Notes under the pieces: model-generated
Told to the model about the DNA's origin: nothing
The model's input: only the letters and a program-made list of their open reading frames with translations
The model's database searches: none
Origin: Candidatus Thorarchaeota archaeon
GTDB lineage: Archaea > Asgardarchaeota > Thorarchaeia > Thorarchaeales > Thorarchaeaceae
DNA length: 64,000 nt
Direction: 5' to 3'
NCBI GenBank assembly: GCA_029855935.1
Contig: JAGSHN010000012.1
Location: forward strand, 272,869 to 336,868
Shown: one piece after another, positions 36,572-46,123 of the stretch
How the letters are laid out: every line of letters begins with the position of its first letter
Numbering within the stretch: position 1 is the first letter of the stretch
Made by a program: the position numbers and the translations under genes

Positions 36572-37195
36572 TCATACCATTGATGCGCGTTCCCAGTCAT
36601 GCTCGTAGATGTGCGCATTGACAGACAGAGTGGTCACTGTTCCCCTGTCGAGACCCGTTTCTGTTGCAACGCGGCTGAGGAGTTCTCCGAGAGCAAAGAC
36701 GTTTGCTGGCCAGGCCCCGTACATGTCGTTTGACCTAATCATCACACTGAGGTCCACGGCACCATCCCGGACCATGAAGACGAAGTGGTTCAGGCAAGGC
36801 ACCTCGTCGTTTACAGTGTCCCGCCTTGGATCCCAAGTTGTCGCTACCGCCCTCCTGCTATTGGGACTCTGGCTCAACTTCCGAATGACATAGTCAATCT
36901 GGTCTATTGCCTCTTGCCCCCATGACATAAGTCGTTCCCCGTACGTATAATCGAATCCCATCGGGTTGGGGTCCAGTATCTGTGTTGCATACCGCTCGCG
37001 GAGGACACGCTCGCTAAAGGGGTACCCCTCCGGCACTCGTTCGGTGAAGGGGTCTCTGACACAGACCATCAGGTTGTCGAGCCATCGTGTGAGGAGCCCA
37101 CGTTCGTCAACGCGCTCTCTCCCGTGGCCCATGATGTATCTAACAACTCTTTTCCACCCGTCTGCTGGTGTCGCTGCCCTGATAAAGAACGCCAA
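36572..37195 (-). CDS. thyA: Thymidylate synthase (archaeal short ThyA type)
   Basis: 207 aa; NSRRAVATTWDPRRD, catalytic VPCLNHFVF, SVMIRSNDMYGAWPANVFALGELL, VNAHIYEHD align with ThyA motifs ([56 protein letters not shown]). Confidence 0.75.
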   Translation of the reverse strand: MAFFIRAATPADGWKRVVRYIMGHGRERVDERGLLTRWLDNLMVCVRDPFTERVPEGYPFSERVLRERYATQILDPNPMGFDYTYGERLMSWGQEAIDQIDYVIRKLSQSPNSRRAVATTWDPRRDTVNDEVPCLNHFVFMVRDGAVDLSVMIRSNDMYGAWPANVFALGELLSRVATETGLDRGTVTTLSVNAHIYEHDWERASMV

Positions 37196-37429
37196 GACAT
37201 CATCCCTTCTGTCAGCTGCTCTGTTGGAGTCCAGCCCGGTGGCGCCGCTTGGGGGTTAAATAGTTTGGTCAGACAGTCTAGTGCGGCGGTGCCATTGTCC
37301 TGCGGGTACGAGATGTCTTGCGGTAGGTCGATTGTGCATACTCCTTTGGGACAAGATTTTAATGTCGCGGCTACAAAGTGCATCAGGCCCCTCATTGGGG
37401 CAGGGAAGCGTCCGCCGGGAGAGAGAGCG

Positions 37430-37708
37430 ATGACTACCGTAGTATATGTCTTCACTCAAGAGAATTGCCCAAACTGCCCCGCGGCCAAGCGGGTCGTAAG
37501 GGAGGCACTCGACGGCTCTGGAATCGACGTCGAGTTTGTTGACATTCACAGTATGGATTCCGATCTTGAGTTCCGTCTTCTTGAGGAGCAGGTCTTCATT
37601 GCATCAACGCCGAGCATAGTCCTTGAGAATGACGGCTCTCTCCGCCTCCTGTACAGTGGCGAGGTCCCCACTGTAGAAGACATTCGTTCAATAGTAGTAG
37701 GGGAATGA
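37430..37708 (+). CDS. Glutaredoxin-like protein (NrdH-like), upstream of nrdD
   Basis: About 93 aa from ATG at about 37430: MTTVVYVFTQENCPNCPAAKRV... has a CPxC active site with a thioredoxin-fold pattern. Embedded in the longer ORF 37124..37708. Confidence 0.6.
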   Translation: MTTVVYVFTQENCPNCPAAKRVVREALDGSGIDVEFVDIHSMDSDLEFRLLEEQVFIASTPSIVLENDGSLRLLYSGEVPTVEDIRSIVVGE

Positions 37709-37712
37709 TTCT

Positions 37713-39857
37713 ATGACAGACATTAGAGAGTCTCTGATTAGTGACGCAGACATCTGCGCGAGGGAGAAGAAGCTACCGCACGTTCGAACGACCAAGGGGA
37801 CCCTTGAACCATTCAAGGGCCAACGTATCGTCGACAGCCTTGTTCGGGAGGCTGGACTGAGTGTGGGCGACGCACAGTTCGTTGCGGCAAAGGTAATGGA
37901 CAGGATTGCAGCCTCAGGAATCCGGTTTCTGTCAGGGCCGCTCATTCGTGAGATGTGCAACAGCGTATTGGCCGAGATGGGCTTTGAGAGAGAGCGCATC
38001 CGGTATACCCGCGTTGGTGTGCCGATGTATGATCTTGACCAGCTTATCATGCATCCCAACAGGCATACCTCTAACGCGAACCTGATGAGGAATCCTGAAA
38101 CAATCGCCAAGCTCGTCCATGACCAAGTTATGGAACAGCACACATTCCTGACAATCCCTCCGCATCTTGCCGATGCTCATCTCCGTGGAGACATCTACAT
38201 CAAGGACCGCGAGTACTTCTCCACACGAGACTACTGCGCCACCTGGGACCTCCGCCAAGTCTTTCTGCTCGGAATTGCTCCAGATGGTCTTGGAGGTGTT
38301 CACTCTTCTGCTGCGGGGCCTGCCAAACATCTCCCTGTGGCAATCAATCATGCGGCAATCTGGCTTGCGGCTGCTCAGAGCTCTTTCGCTGGGGGTCAGG
38401 GCTTTTTCTACTTCAACACGTTCATCGCTCCATTCCTTCAGGACAAAAGCTACGACGAGGTCAAGCAATCGGCCCAGCAACTGATATTCACGCTCACCCA
38501 GCAGTACGTTGCCCGTGGTGGTCAGGTAATATTCTCAAGTGTCGACCTGACTCCCGGGATACCCAAGATCATGCGCGATGTCCCGGCGGTTCTCCCGGGC
38601 GGTAGAACGACCTCTCTGACATATGCCGACTTTGAGGAAGAGGCCAACCGCTTCTTCAACGCCTTCATGGAGGTTATGATTGAGGGCGACGCCAAGGGGA
38701 AGGCATTCAACTTTCCGAAGCCAAATGTTGTTCTCAGGAAAGAGTTCATGCGCCCAGAGTACGACGACTCCTGGCACTTGGTCGCCGAGCTCACTGCCAA
38801 GTTCGGCACACCGTACTTCGAGAACTATCTGAACTGGCGCTCGTCCATTGAGGCGGGCTGCAGCAGCTGCTGTTCTCATCTGTGGACAGCAAGCAGCGAG
38901 GAGGAGTTGGAGGAGTTCCTCAGCGGCAACATGGTCTTTGGCGCCTCACAGATGGTGACTCCCAACTTTGGCCGTGCGGCGTGGTTGGGCCGATCAGACG
39001 AGGACCGCTTCTTCGAGAAGCTCGACCACTATCTAGAACTGTCCAAAGAGGTGATTCTGGAGAAGAAGCGTCTGATGGACAAGTTGATTGCGAGTGGTAG
39101 TGTTCCCTTCTACACACAGCCCAAGCCAAATGGTGAACCTCTGATAGATATGAGTCGAAGGGAGTTCTTGATCGGAACAGTCGGCTTTGAGGAGATGGCC
39201 ACAATCCAGACGGGCCACCACCTCCACGAGCGCGAGGGTGCAAGGTTCGGGATCAAGGTACTCAAGTACGTAAGGCAGCGAGCCGACGAGTTCCAAGAGG
39301 AAACGGGCCTCCACTTTGGAGTCACGCGTACGCCCGCAGAGAGTGCTGCGGGGCGTCTGGCTCGAAAGGACTGGAGGGCCTACCCCGGGATTCGAAAATA
39401 CCTCAAGGGAACCGGACCGACTGAGGTCTACTACACCAACAGCACAACGCTTGATGTCGCTGCACCCATCCCGCTCAGCGAACGGATCAAGAAGGAGGGA
39501 ATGTTCCATCCGTACATGGATGGTGGTGCGTTGACCCACATCTACCTTGGCGAGGCAAACCCAGACCCGGATGCCATATGGGAGCTCACCAAGCAGATTG
39601 CAACGAGGACGCTCAATTCATACTGGAGTTTTACGAAGGACATACTCTCGTGCCCGCAGTGCTACTATCAGGCCGGCATTGACTGGAGGACAACCCGCTT
39701 CTCCTCAATTGACCAGCTGGAGCATATCCAGTGTCCACGGTGCGGCTATGTGGGCTGCGAAGTATTCAGCCGAATAACCGGGTATCAACAGGCACTGTCC
39801 CAATGGAATGCTTCAAAGAGGCAGGAGTTCATCGACCGCCACAGGTACGCTCTGTGA
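37713..39857 (+). CDS. nrdD: Anaerobic ribonucleoside-triphosphate reductase (class III RNR)
   Basis: 714 aa; N-terminal ATP-cone, C-terminal Zn ribbon CPQC...CPRCGYVGC and glycyl-radical motif SRITGY. Confidence 0.9.
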   Translation: MTDIRESLISDADICAREKKLPHVRTTKGTLEPFKGQRIVDSLVREAGLSVGDAQFVAAKVMDRIAASGIRFLSGPLIREMCNSVLAEMGFERERIRYTRVGVPMYDLDQLIMHPNRHTSNANLMRNPETIAKLVHDQVMEQHTFLTIPPHLADAHLRGDIYIKDREYFSTRDYCATWDLRQVFLLGIAPDGLGGVHSSAAGPAKHLPVAINHAAIWLAAAQSSFAGGQGFFYFNTFIAPFLQDKSYDEVKQSAQQLIFTLTQQYVARGGQVIFSSVDLTPGIPKIMRDVPAVLPGGRTTSLTYADFEEEANRFFNAFMEVMIEGDAKGKAFNFPKPNVVLRKEFMRPEYDDSWHLVAELTAKFGTPYFENYLNWRSSIEAGCSSCCSHLWTASSEEELEEFLSGNMVFGASQMVTPNFGRAAWLGRSDEDRFFEKLDHYLELSKEVILEKKRLMDKLIASGSVPFYTQPKPNGEPLIDMSRREFLIGTVGFEEMATIQTGHHLHEREGARFGIKVLKYVRQRADEFQEETGLHFGVTRTPAESAAGRLARKDWRAYPGIRKYLKGTGPTEVYYTNSTTLDVAAPIPLSERIKKEGMFHPYMDGGALTHIYLGEANPDPDAIWELTKQIATRTLNSYWSFTKDILSCPQCYYQAGIDWRTTRFSSIDQLEHIQCPRCGYVGCEVFSRITGYQQALSQWNASKRQEFIDRHRYAL

Positions 39858-39948
39858 CCGACTATCAAAAGGGCTGGCGCTGACTGTGCAGGGTCGGCCC
39901 ACGCCTCATCCTGTTCTCCAAAGACAGACGACGTGGCTCTCTACACGC

Positions 39949-40233
39949 TCACGTGGCCCTCTGACATAGTCCAGCCCGTGCCCTCAGGATCTCAATGTTC
40001 TGATGCAGCTCACGAAGTCGGTCCTCGATGAGATAGTATAGTGGTTGTCGCATGTCCTTCAGGTTCGGTGCCTTTGAACAGAGCCGCTGGCGCATCAACT
40101 TCTTGAGAGCAAATGAAACAGTTCGTGGTGGAAGTGAAGACTGAGCAGCTATCTGTTTCGGGCTCAGAGGTCCCCTCTTCAGAGCATCGAGGACCAATAG
40201 TGCGCTTCGTGGGAGGTCGTTCATAGTCAGCAT
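39949..40233 (-). CDS. Small winged-helix transcriptional regulator
   Basis: 94 aa; LLVLDALKRGPLSPKQIAAQSSLPPRTVSFALKKLMRQRL is a wHTH signature. Confidence 0.5.
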   Translation of the reverse strand: MLTMNDLPRSALLVLDALKRGPLSPKQIAAQSSLPPRTVSFALKKLMRQRLCSKAPNLKDMRQPLYYLIEDRLRELHQNIEILRARAGLCQRAT

Positions 40234-40299
40234 ATCGAGCCCACATCCAATCTGAGGTGGCGCATTCCTCCTTGTAAATGACCTTTACTATCTATTTCT

Positions 40300-40320
40300 G
40301 GCAAACTATATATAGACTTT
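40300..40320 (+). promoter_or_regulatory. TATA-box-like element in divergent intergenic region
   Basis: actatatatag within the 177-nt gap between divergently transcribed regulator genes (40233/40411). Confidence 0.3.
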
Positions 40321-40410
40321 GTGCCAGATATTCGGTCGAGTATCCAGTTGCTGAAATGCGCAAGTAATAATGGCCGCGTCAGCGAGCAGCAGAGCAATGT
40401 GTGAGGAACA

Positions 40411-41511
40411 ATGAGAGGATCGCCACCAAGACTCGACGAGCTCGACATAGACATCCTTGCGGCTCTTCACCGTCTTGGTGGCAAGGTATCGACTGAGGTG
40501 CTTGGCGATGTCCTACAGCGTCCATCGCGGACGGTGCGATACCGACTGAATCGTCTCAAGAGGTCCGGCTATCTCAAGTACGTCTACGCTATGACGCATG
40601 ACAGAAAGGTCGGGCTTGGCGACAGCATTGTACTACTCAATCTCGCAGAGGGAGTATCCTCCTTGGGCGACATCTTCGGCCAGATTCCTATGTTCTACAT
40701 CTTCGGTTCCACATACGGTCGATACAACGGCTATGTCGTCCACATGTCGTATCCCCTCTCGCGTCCGAACACTCCTCAAACATTCGTGAAGTCCCTCAGA
40801 GAGGCAGGCGTCGTCGATGATGCCTTCCTATTTGGCATCAACGACTTCCACTCGATTGCTGGTGATCCAGTCATACTGGACTCGTCAGGGAGATGGCACT
40901 GGGACTGGAAATCGTGGGCCACTGAGTGTCACAAGAGGGTAGAGCAGGGCTTGCGGGAGTCCATTGGCCTTGAGCTCGATGTCCCGATTGCCAAGTTCGA
41001 CGGTCGTGACATCGACATCCTCCAGCACCTCAAACGTGATGCAAGCGTGACCCTGCGCGAGTTGGGGAGGGTGACTGGCCTCTCTCCTAGTCAGGTCAAT
41101 GCACGTATCAAACGGATGGAGCGAGAGGGGATAATCAAGGGCTATCGTTGGATTCTGGAGGATTTTCAGTCGCCCATCCATCTCTACATCTTCTTCCAGA
41201 CGGACGGTCTTGACAGTCCACTGTTGGGCTGTCTGATGAAGATACCATTTCCAAAGGAGATTGGGGCAGAGACCTCCGACAAGTTCGCGGTCCACGTCAA
41301 GCTATACCCCTCAGACCTGCCAGATTTTCTCAACGCCCTCGACTTGGTCCGCCGCAATCTTCGTTCTCTCAGGATACAGGTGACGCACCATCGACACAGA
41401 GGTCAGCCCGGGGAGTTGTACACGCATTTTGACAGATCTGCTAACGAGTGGGCAATACCTGTGGACCAGTACATACAGGAAATCAGGCATTCGGCGGAGC
41501 AGCAGTCCTGA
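40411..41511 (+). CDS. Transcriptional regulator with two Lrp/AsnC-type HTH domains
   Basis: 366 aa; HTH 1 LDELDIDILAALHRLGGKVSTEVLGDVLQRPSRTVRYRLNRLKRSGYL; HTH 2 DIDILQHLKRDASVTLRELGRVTGLSPSQVNARIKRMEREGII. Confidence 0.55.
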   Translation: MRGSPPRLDELDIDILAALHRLGGKVSTEVLGDVLQRPSRTVRYRLNRLKRSGYLKYVYAMTHDRKVGLGDSIVLLNLAEGVSSLGDIFGQIPMFYIFGSTYGRYNGYVVHMSYPLSRPNTPQTFVKSLREAGVVDDAFLFGINDFHSIAGDPVILDSSGRWHWDWKSWATECHKRVEQGLRESIGLELDVPIAKFDGRDIDILQHLKRDASVTLRELGRVTGLSPSQVNARIKRMEREGIIKGYRWILEDFQSPIHLYIFFQTDGLDSPLLGCLMKIPFPKEIGAETSDKFAVHVKLYPSDLPDFLNALDLVRRNLRSLRIQVTHHRHRGQPGELYTHFDRSANEWAIPVDQYIQEIRHSAEQQS

Positions 41512-41615
41512 TCACGACCAGCCACGTCTATGGTGTGGCCTCGCTCATAGCCCATAGGGCCGAATCGGGCCAGGTCGGCCGTGGGCCACCCGCGCGTGGG
41601 TTAGACTGATGGGGA

Positions 41616-42410
41616 CTACTCTGTCAGCAGGACCACGGCATCGGTGTAGAGGTCATATTCGTCGTCCTCATCTAGGTTGCGGACACACACCTTCTCGACC
41701 TCCCCCTCGCCGCTGACCGACAGGACACGACCCTGAGTTATCACCTTGACGCCGGCCTCTGCCAGTCGTGCTGCCATCTCCTCGTCGACATCAAGCTGCT
41801 CGGCGGGCGTGATTAACACCACTCTGTTGGTCACCGTTGCTAGATCGATTGCGGCCTCGACTGACCGGTCGCCCGTGTAGACCACGAGAGCCCGAAGGTC
41901 CTCGAAGTCCTTCGGACTGCCCAGACTGCGGAAGACGCCCTTGCCAATGTAGTCTTCCAGATTCTCTATCTCGGGAATCTCTATCGCCTCGGTGGCCTCT
42001 GTTGAGCCGGCCTCCTCTGTGTGCTTTCGTTTCTGCATCTCTCGATACTGCTTGATGGCTTCGTGCAGCGCGTCGGCAGCAAGATTGGAACAGTGCATCT
42101 TGATTGGCGGCAGACCATCAAGCTCGCTGGCGACATCTGCTCTCGTCACCTTCATTGCCTCGTCCAGGGTCATTCCCTTGACCAGCTCGGTGGTCATGCT
42201 GCTTGTTGCAATAGCCGAGCCGCAACCGAACGTCCTGAACTTCGCATCGACAATCCGCCCGTCCTCGACCTTGATGTAGACCTCCATCAGGTCACCGCAG
42301 ACAGGGTTCCCGACGCGGCCAACAGCCACGTTCTCGCCCTCCAGTGTGCCTACGTTGCGGGGATTCCTAAAATGGTCCAATACCTTTTCCGAATACTGTG
42401 TTGATTTCAT
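41616..42410 (-). CDS. iscU: IscU/NifU-like Fe-S scaffold fused to about 130-aa C-terminal domain of unknown function
   Basis: N-terminal 125 aa carry the three scaffold Cys motifs (GNPVCGDLM, FGCGSAIATSS, HCSNLAADAL). The C-terminal half (GKGVFRSL...VVLLTE) has no recognised motif. Confidence 0.75.
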   Translation of the reverse strand: MKSTQYSEKVLDHFRNPRNVGTLEGENVAVGRVGNPVCGDLMEVYIKVEDGRIVDAKFRTFGCGSAIATSSMTTELVKGMTLDEAMKVTRADVASELDGLPPIKMHCSNLAADALHEAIKQYREMQKRKHTEEAGSTEATEAIEIPEIENLEDYIGKGVFRSLGSPKDFEDLRALVVYTGDRSVEAAIDLATVTNRVVLITPAEQLDVDEEMAARLAEAGVKVITQGRVLSVSGEGEVEKVCVRNLDEDDEYDLYTDAVVLLTE

Positions 42411-42416
42411 GATCCT

Positions 42417-43589
42417 TCACCTCGTCCTCACCTGATAGAGCGGTGACAGTTCTCTCAGCCTAGCGACGATACCGGGGAGCACCTCGAGGACTCTATCGAT
42501 ATCCTCGTCCTCTGTGAAGCGTCCCGTTGTAAGCTGTAGCGACCCGTGTGCCTCCTCGTGGATCAGCCCTGTCGCTATCAGCGTGTGTGATGGTTCGAGC
42601 GTCTTCGATGTGCAGGCCGACCCTGTGGAGACCGCAATCCCTGCATCCTTGAACGAGAGCAATAGTGACTCTCCCTCGATGCCATCAAATCTGAAGTGAG
42701 CATTGCTTGCCAATCTCTCTGTCGGGTGTCCGTTCAGGTGGCTGTCGGGGACCGTTTCCAGCACCTCCCGTATCAGTCTGTCCCTGTAGCTTCTCAGGCG
42801 CTGCACCTCTGACGGCATCTCTTCTTGCATTATCTCCACCGCTGCACGCATCCCGACAATCGCGGCCACGTTCTCCGACCCCGAGCGCAGGCCTCTCTCC
42901 TGTCCTCCTCCGATGATTATCGGATTGACCCTGTACCTCTTCTGCATATAGAGGACTCCGAGGCCCTTGGGGCCATACACGTCGTTGGAGCTGAGCGACA
43001 TCAGGTTTATTCCATCCCTTCTCACATCGATGTCCACAAGTCCCTCAGCTGCGACGGCATCAGTGTGGAAAGCAATACCGTGCTCGGCCGCCAGCTTGCC
43101 AATCTCCTCGACGGGCTGTATCGTGCCAATCTCGTTGTTTGCATATCCTATCGAGATCAGTATCGTATCGTCCCTGATACGCCTCTCCAGCTTGGATATC
43201 CGGACACGCCCGTACTGGTCCACAGGCACTCTTGAAACCTCGAAACCCTGCGCCATCAGGTACTTGGCGATGTTGATTATTGATATATGCTCGACCTCTG
43301 AGATGATTATGTGGTTTCCCTTTCTCTTGTTCCTCATTGCGTAGCCTATGAGAGCCATGTTGTTCGACTCGGTGGCTCCAGATGTGAAGACTATCTCGTC
43401 GGGGTCGGCGTTGATGAACCTCGCTATGGCACGTCTACTCTCCTCAAGTGCCTCTGTGGCCACATCGCCGACGTGATGCAGTGATGAGGGGTTTCCAAAG
43501 TGCTCTGTGAAATAGGGCAACATAGCCTCTACGACTCTTGGGTCGGTCGGCTTTGCCGAGTGATAGTCGAGATATACCGTCTTCAACCA
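42417..43589 (-). CDS. iscS: IscS/NifS-like class V aminotransferase with PLP-Lys replaced by Asp (likely non-desulfurase scaffold partner)
   Basis: ORF 42417..43694; likely start LKTVYLDYHSAKP at about 43589. FHTDAVAA...NLMSLSSNDVYGPKG aligns with E. coli IscS FHVDATQS...DLMSFSGHKIYGPKG, so HK becomes ND. Active-site loop STGSACTS retained. Confidence 0.85.
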   Translation of the reverse strand, partial: WLKTVYLDYHSAKPTDPRVVEAMLPYFTEHFGNPSSLHHVGDVATEALEESRRAIARFINADPDEIVFTSGATESNNMALIGYAMRNKRKGNHIIISEVEHISIINIAKYLMAQGFEVSRVPVDQYGRVRISKLERRIRDDTILISIGYANNEIGTIQPVEEIGKLAAEHGIAFHTDAVAAEGLVDIDVRRDGINLMSLSSNDVYGPKGLGVLYMQKRYRVNPIIIGGGQERGLRSGSENVAAIVGMRAAVEIMQEEMPSEVQRLRSYRDRLIREVLETVPDSHLNGHPTERLASNAHFRFDGIEGESLLLSFKDAGIAVSTGSACTSKTLEPSHTLIATGLIHEEAHGSLQLTTGRFTEDEDIDRVLEVLPGIVARLRELSPLYQVRTR

Positions 43590-43597
43590 TCTCCCTC

Positions 43598-43954
43598 CTA
43601 GAACCACATTGTAGCGTTCGCATCCAGTACGAGGTCGTTCAGAGTGGCTGCCCCAACAATCTTCAGACCGTCTATCAGCTCCACATCCTTCCACCCGAGC
43701 ATCTGTTTCGACGCCTCACAGACAAATATCTCAATGCCCATGTCCATGCTCTCTGTGATCATATCGTACAGGCTCGGAAAGGAGCCCATCTTTATGGTCC
43801 TTGCTGTCTCAGGCTTCAGGACTCGGAGCGCCTGTCCGAGATAGTATACCTTTGCCTCAATGTTCATGCTCTTCGCGGCCTGTGCCAGGACTAGGGGCGA
43901 GTATTGCCTCTCTGGGTTGTCGCTCGTCTGCACATACAGTATCATATCGCTCAT
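43598..43954 (-). CDS. DsrE/DsrF-like (YchN fold) sulfur-relay family protein
   Basis: 118 aa; size and pattern (ILYVQTSD...VYYLGQA...IFVCEASKQMLG...KIVGAATL) match DsrE/DsrF/DsrH-like proteins. Confidence 0.55.
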   Translation of the reverse strand: MSDMILYVQTSDNPERQYSPLVLAQAAKSMNIEAKVYYLGQALRVLKPETARTIKMGSFPSLYDMITESMDMGIEIFVCEASKQMLGWKDVELIDGLKIVGAATLNDLVLDANATMWF

Positions 43955-43971
43955 ATCTCTCCGTCACTCCC

Positions 43972-44220
43972 TCAACTTGTGCGTCTTATCAGGAACCTGT
44001 GGACCCCGTCCTCAAGCCGCTCGTACTTGACCAGCTCGTGGCCTGTACGTTTGACAAACCGTTTCAGGTCCTCTTCGGCGGCGGGGTCGTCGGCAAGCAC
44101 CTCCAGTATCTGTCCGACCTCAATCTCATCAATGGCCTCTCGGGTCAGGAACAGAGGCTGTGGACAGTACAATCCTATGCAGTCGATGGTTTCTACAGGC
44201 TCCTCACTCATGACCATCAC
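43972..44220 (-). CDS. tusA: TusA-like sulfurtransferase
   Basis: 82 aa; IDCIGLYCPQPLFLTREAIDEIEVGQILEVLADDP contains the conserved CPxP motif and fold pattern of TusA/SirA. Confidence 0.7.
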   Translation of the reverse strand: MMVMSEEPVETIDCIGLYCPQPLFLTREAIDEIEVGQILEVLADDPAAEEDLKRFVKRTGHELVKYERLEDGVHRFLIRRTS

Positions 44221-44262
44221 CTAACTATGGTTAAGTATACTTTCAATTAGAAACTTATAACC

Positions 44263-46050
44263 CTATCTCTGCCAGCCCTCCTCTTCAAAGTGTTCATCTC
44301 GGCCACCACTCCAATCGCACACTATGTTGCCTTCCTGTGTGATCCTCACAATGATCTCCGGCAGCGGCGGGATGAGGTTCTGACCCACTACCGTACTTTC
44401 TTGGTAGGCCCCTGTCAACAGCACCGCAAGGTGGCCGCCCACGAGGGTCTGTCTATCTGGTATTGGAATCCCCTCGACGACGAGGGGATTGTCATGCGTG
44501 AGCGGTCGCCCATCACCCGTGTAGAGCCTCTCTGAGTGTCGCTTCAGGCTGAAGGCTGAGATCTCGCCATCGGAGTCGCAGGTCAAATCCACAAGTCGGA
44601 TGCTGGTCTGCGGGCGCCTGTCAAGATCTGCCAGCGGGACAATCGGGAAATACTGTCCCACCAACAGATGATCCACAAGGTCACTGAATACGCTGAACTC
44701 GCCGATTGCTATGTAGTCAGGCCGGAGAGGGTCGCTGGTGCAGATGGCACTGAAGAACTCGGGATTGGCGAAAGTCCTCCTGCGTACCTCTCTTGTGGCA
44801 ACCTCGGAGATGTACGCCCAGTCCGCAGAGTCGTCGATGTCGTCTGACTGATTCCACCAGTCCTCGTGAACCGCGCTCTCCCACAGACGAAGGAGCCCGA
44901 CAGGATCTCCCACACTCCTTATTGCGCGAATCAGCTCCCCCGCCCTCTCGCGGGCCGCCTCTGATGGGCTGGTGCCGTCTGTCTTGGGGTAGACGCTCCT
45001 GACCTCGCGAACGGCAACGAGCGTGATACGTGACGGAGCGACAACATAGCGGCCGGCTTCGATGGCAATATCTGGCAGGGAGGTGCTCATACTCTCGCTG
45101 GCCGCCGCATCCAATATTCCTGCTATCACCTCTTGGGCATACCGGGAGGCGGTGTCCTCCTCGCCTGTCGGGTGACGACCCTCATAGTCAATCGGAATGC
45201 CGCCGCCTAGGTCGAGCGTCTCCAGTCCTGGAAGACCCTCCCGCCTGAGCAGTGAGAACATCCTCATTCCGTAGCGGGCGAATTCCCTCATGTCGCCCAC
45301 GTCTGAGATCTGGGAGCCGGGGTGGACGAGAACTCCCGTGACGAGCGCACCCATCCCGTTCTCATCCAGCTTCAGGATTGCATCGCGAACCTCGGACGGT
45401 CCCAGGCCGAACTTGGAGCCAATGCCGGTTGATCTGACCCAGTGACCTCTAATCCTGACCAGAGGTCTGAGCCTAAGCATCAGTCGCAGGCTATCAGGCC
45501 AGTTGCGATGTGCCAGCACGACGTTGACATCGCCGGGTGAGCCTAGTGTGATGACTATCCTGTGTCCGGTTTCTATTAGACGTGCCGTCTCTTGGATGTA
45601 CTCCTCCGTCTTCACCCCGTCGCAGATGATGCTTCTCTCGGCGGCCCCCGGGATGGCGACGGTGCGGACGAGTTCGTTCAGTGATGCGACCTCAAGGCCA
45701 TAGTCTGCATCGGCCTGAAGGACTGCTCCAATGGTCGTCCCGCTCGTGCTGGCCTTGATCGGGTAGAATAGTCGCAGATGGCCAGGATATCTGACCTCCC
45801 TCATCGTCTTGAGGAAGACATTCTTGAGATGGCGGGCGCGCTCCATCACGAGTTGTGGAAGACGAAGAGAGACTGATCCACGGACTTCCGCCGTGTCGAG
45901 AATGTCTTTCAACGCTACTCTCTGCTCACCCACTGTGACGCACAGTCGTCCTCTCTCGTCGATGTCGAAGAACCGAAGGTCTCCTCTTCCTAGTCCGTAT
46001 ACTACCCGTGAGTCCTCGATTGACCACGTGTCTTCAGCCATAGTCCACAC
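44263..46050 (-). CDS. speA: Biosynthetic arginine decarboxylase (SpeA-like, PLP fold type III)
   Basis: 595 aa; N-terminal W-x-x-x-DS-x-x-Y-G segment, PLP-Lys region LFYPIKAS, Gly-rich LDLGGGIPIDY. Confidence 0.75.
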   Translation of the reverse strand: MWTMAEDTWSIEDSRVVYGLGRGDLRFFDIDERGRLCVTVGEQRVALKDILDTAEVRGSVSLRLPQLVMERARHLKNVFLKTMREVRYPGHLRLFYPIKASTSGTTIGAVLQADADYGLEVASLNELVRTVAIPGAAERSIICDGVKTEEYIQETARLIETGHRIVITLGSPGDVNVVLAHRNWPDSLRLMLRLRPLVRIRGHWVRSTGIGSKFGLGPSEVRDAILKLDENGMGALVTGVLVHPGSQISDVGDMREFARYGMRMFSLLRREGLPGLETLDLGGGIPIDYEGRHPTGEEDTASRYAQEVIAGILDAAASESMSTSLPDIAIEAGRYVVAPSRITLVAVREVRSVYPKTDGTSPSEAARERAGELIRAIRSVGDPVGLLRLWESAVHEDWWNQSDDIDDSADWAYISEVATREVRRRTFANPEFFSAICTSDPLRPDYIAIGEFSVFSDLVDHLLVGQYFPIVPLADLDRRPQTSIRLVDLTCDSDGEISAFSLKRHSERLYTGDGRPLTHDNPLVVEGIPIPDRQTLVGGHLAVLLTGAYQESTVVGQNLIPPLPEIIVRITQEGNIVCDWSGGRDEHFEEEGWQR

Positions 46051-46123
46051 TTCGGTGTCCGGCCTCTGCGCCGCAATTCCTCATCAGCAAAGCCATTTAA
46101 GGGTGCGGCCTCGATAGTCCCTG

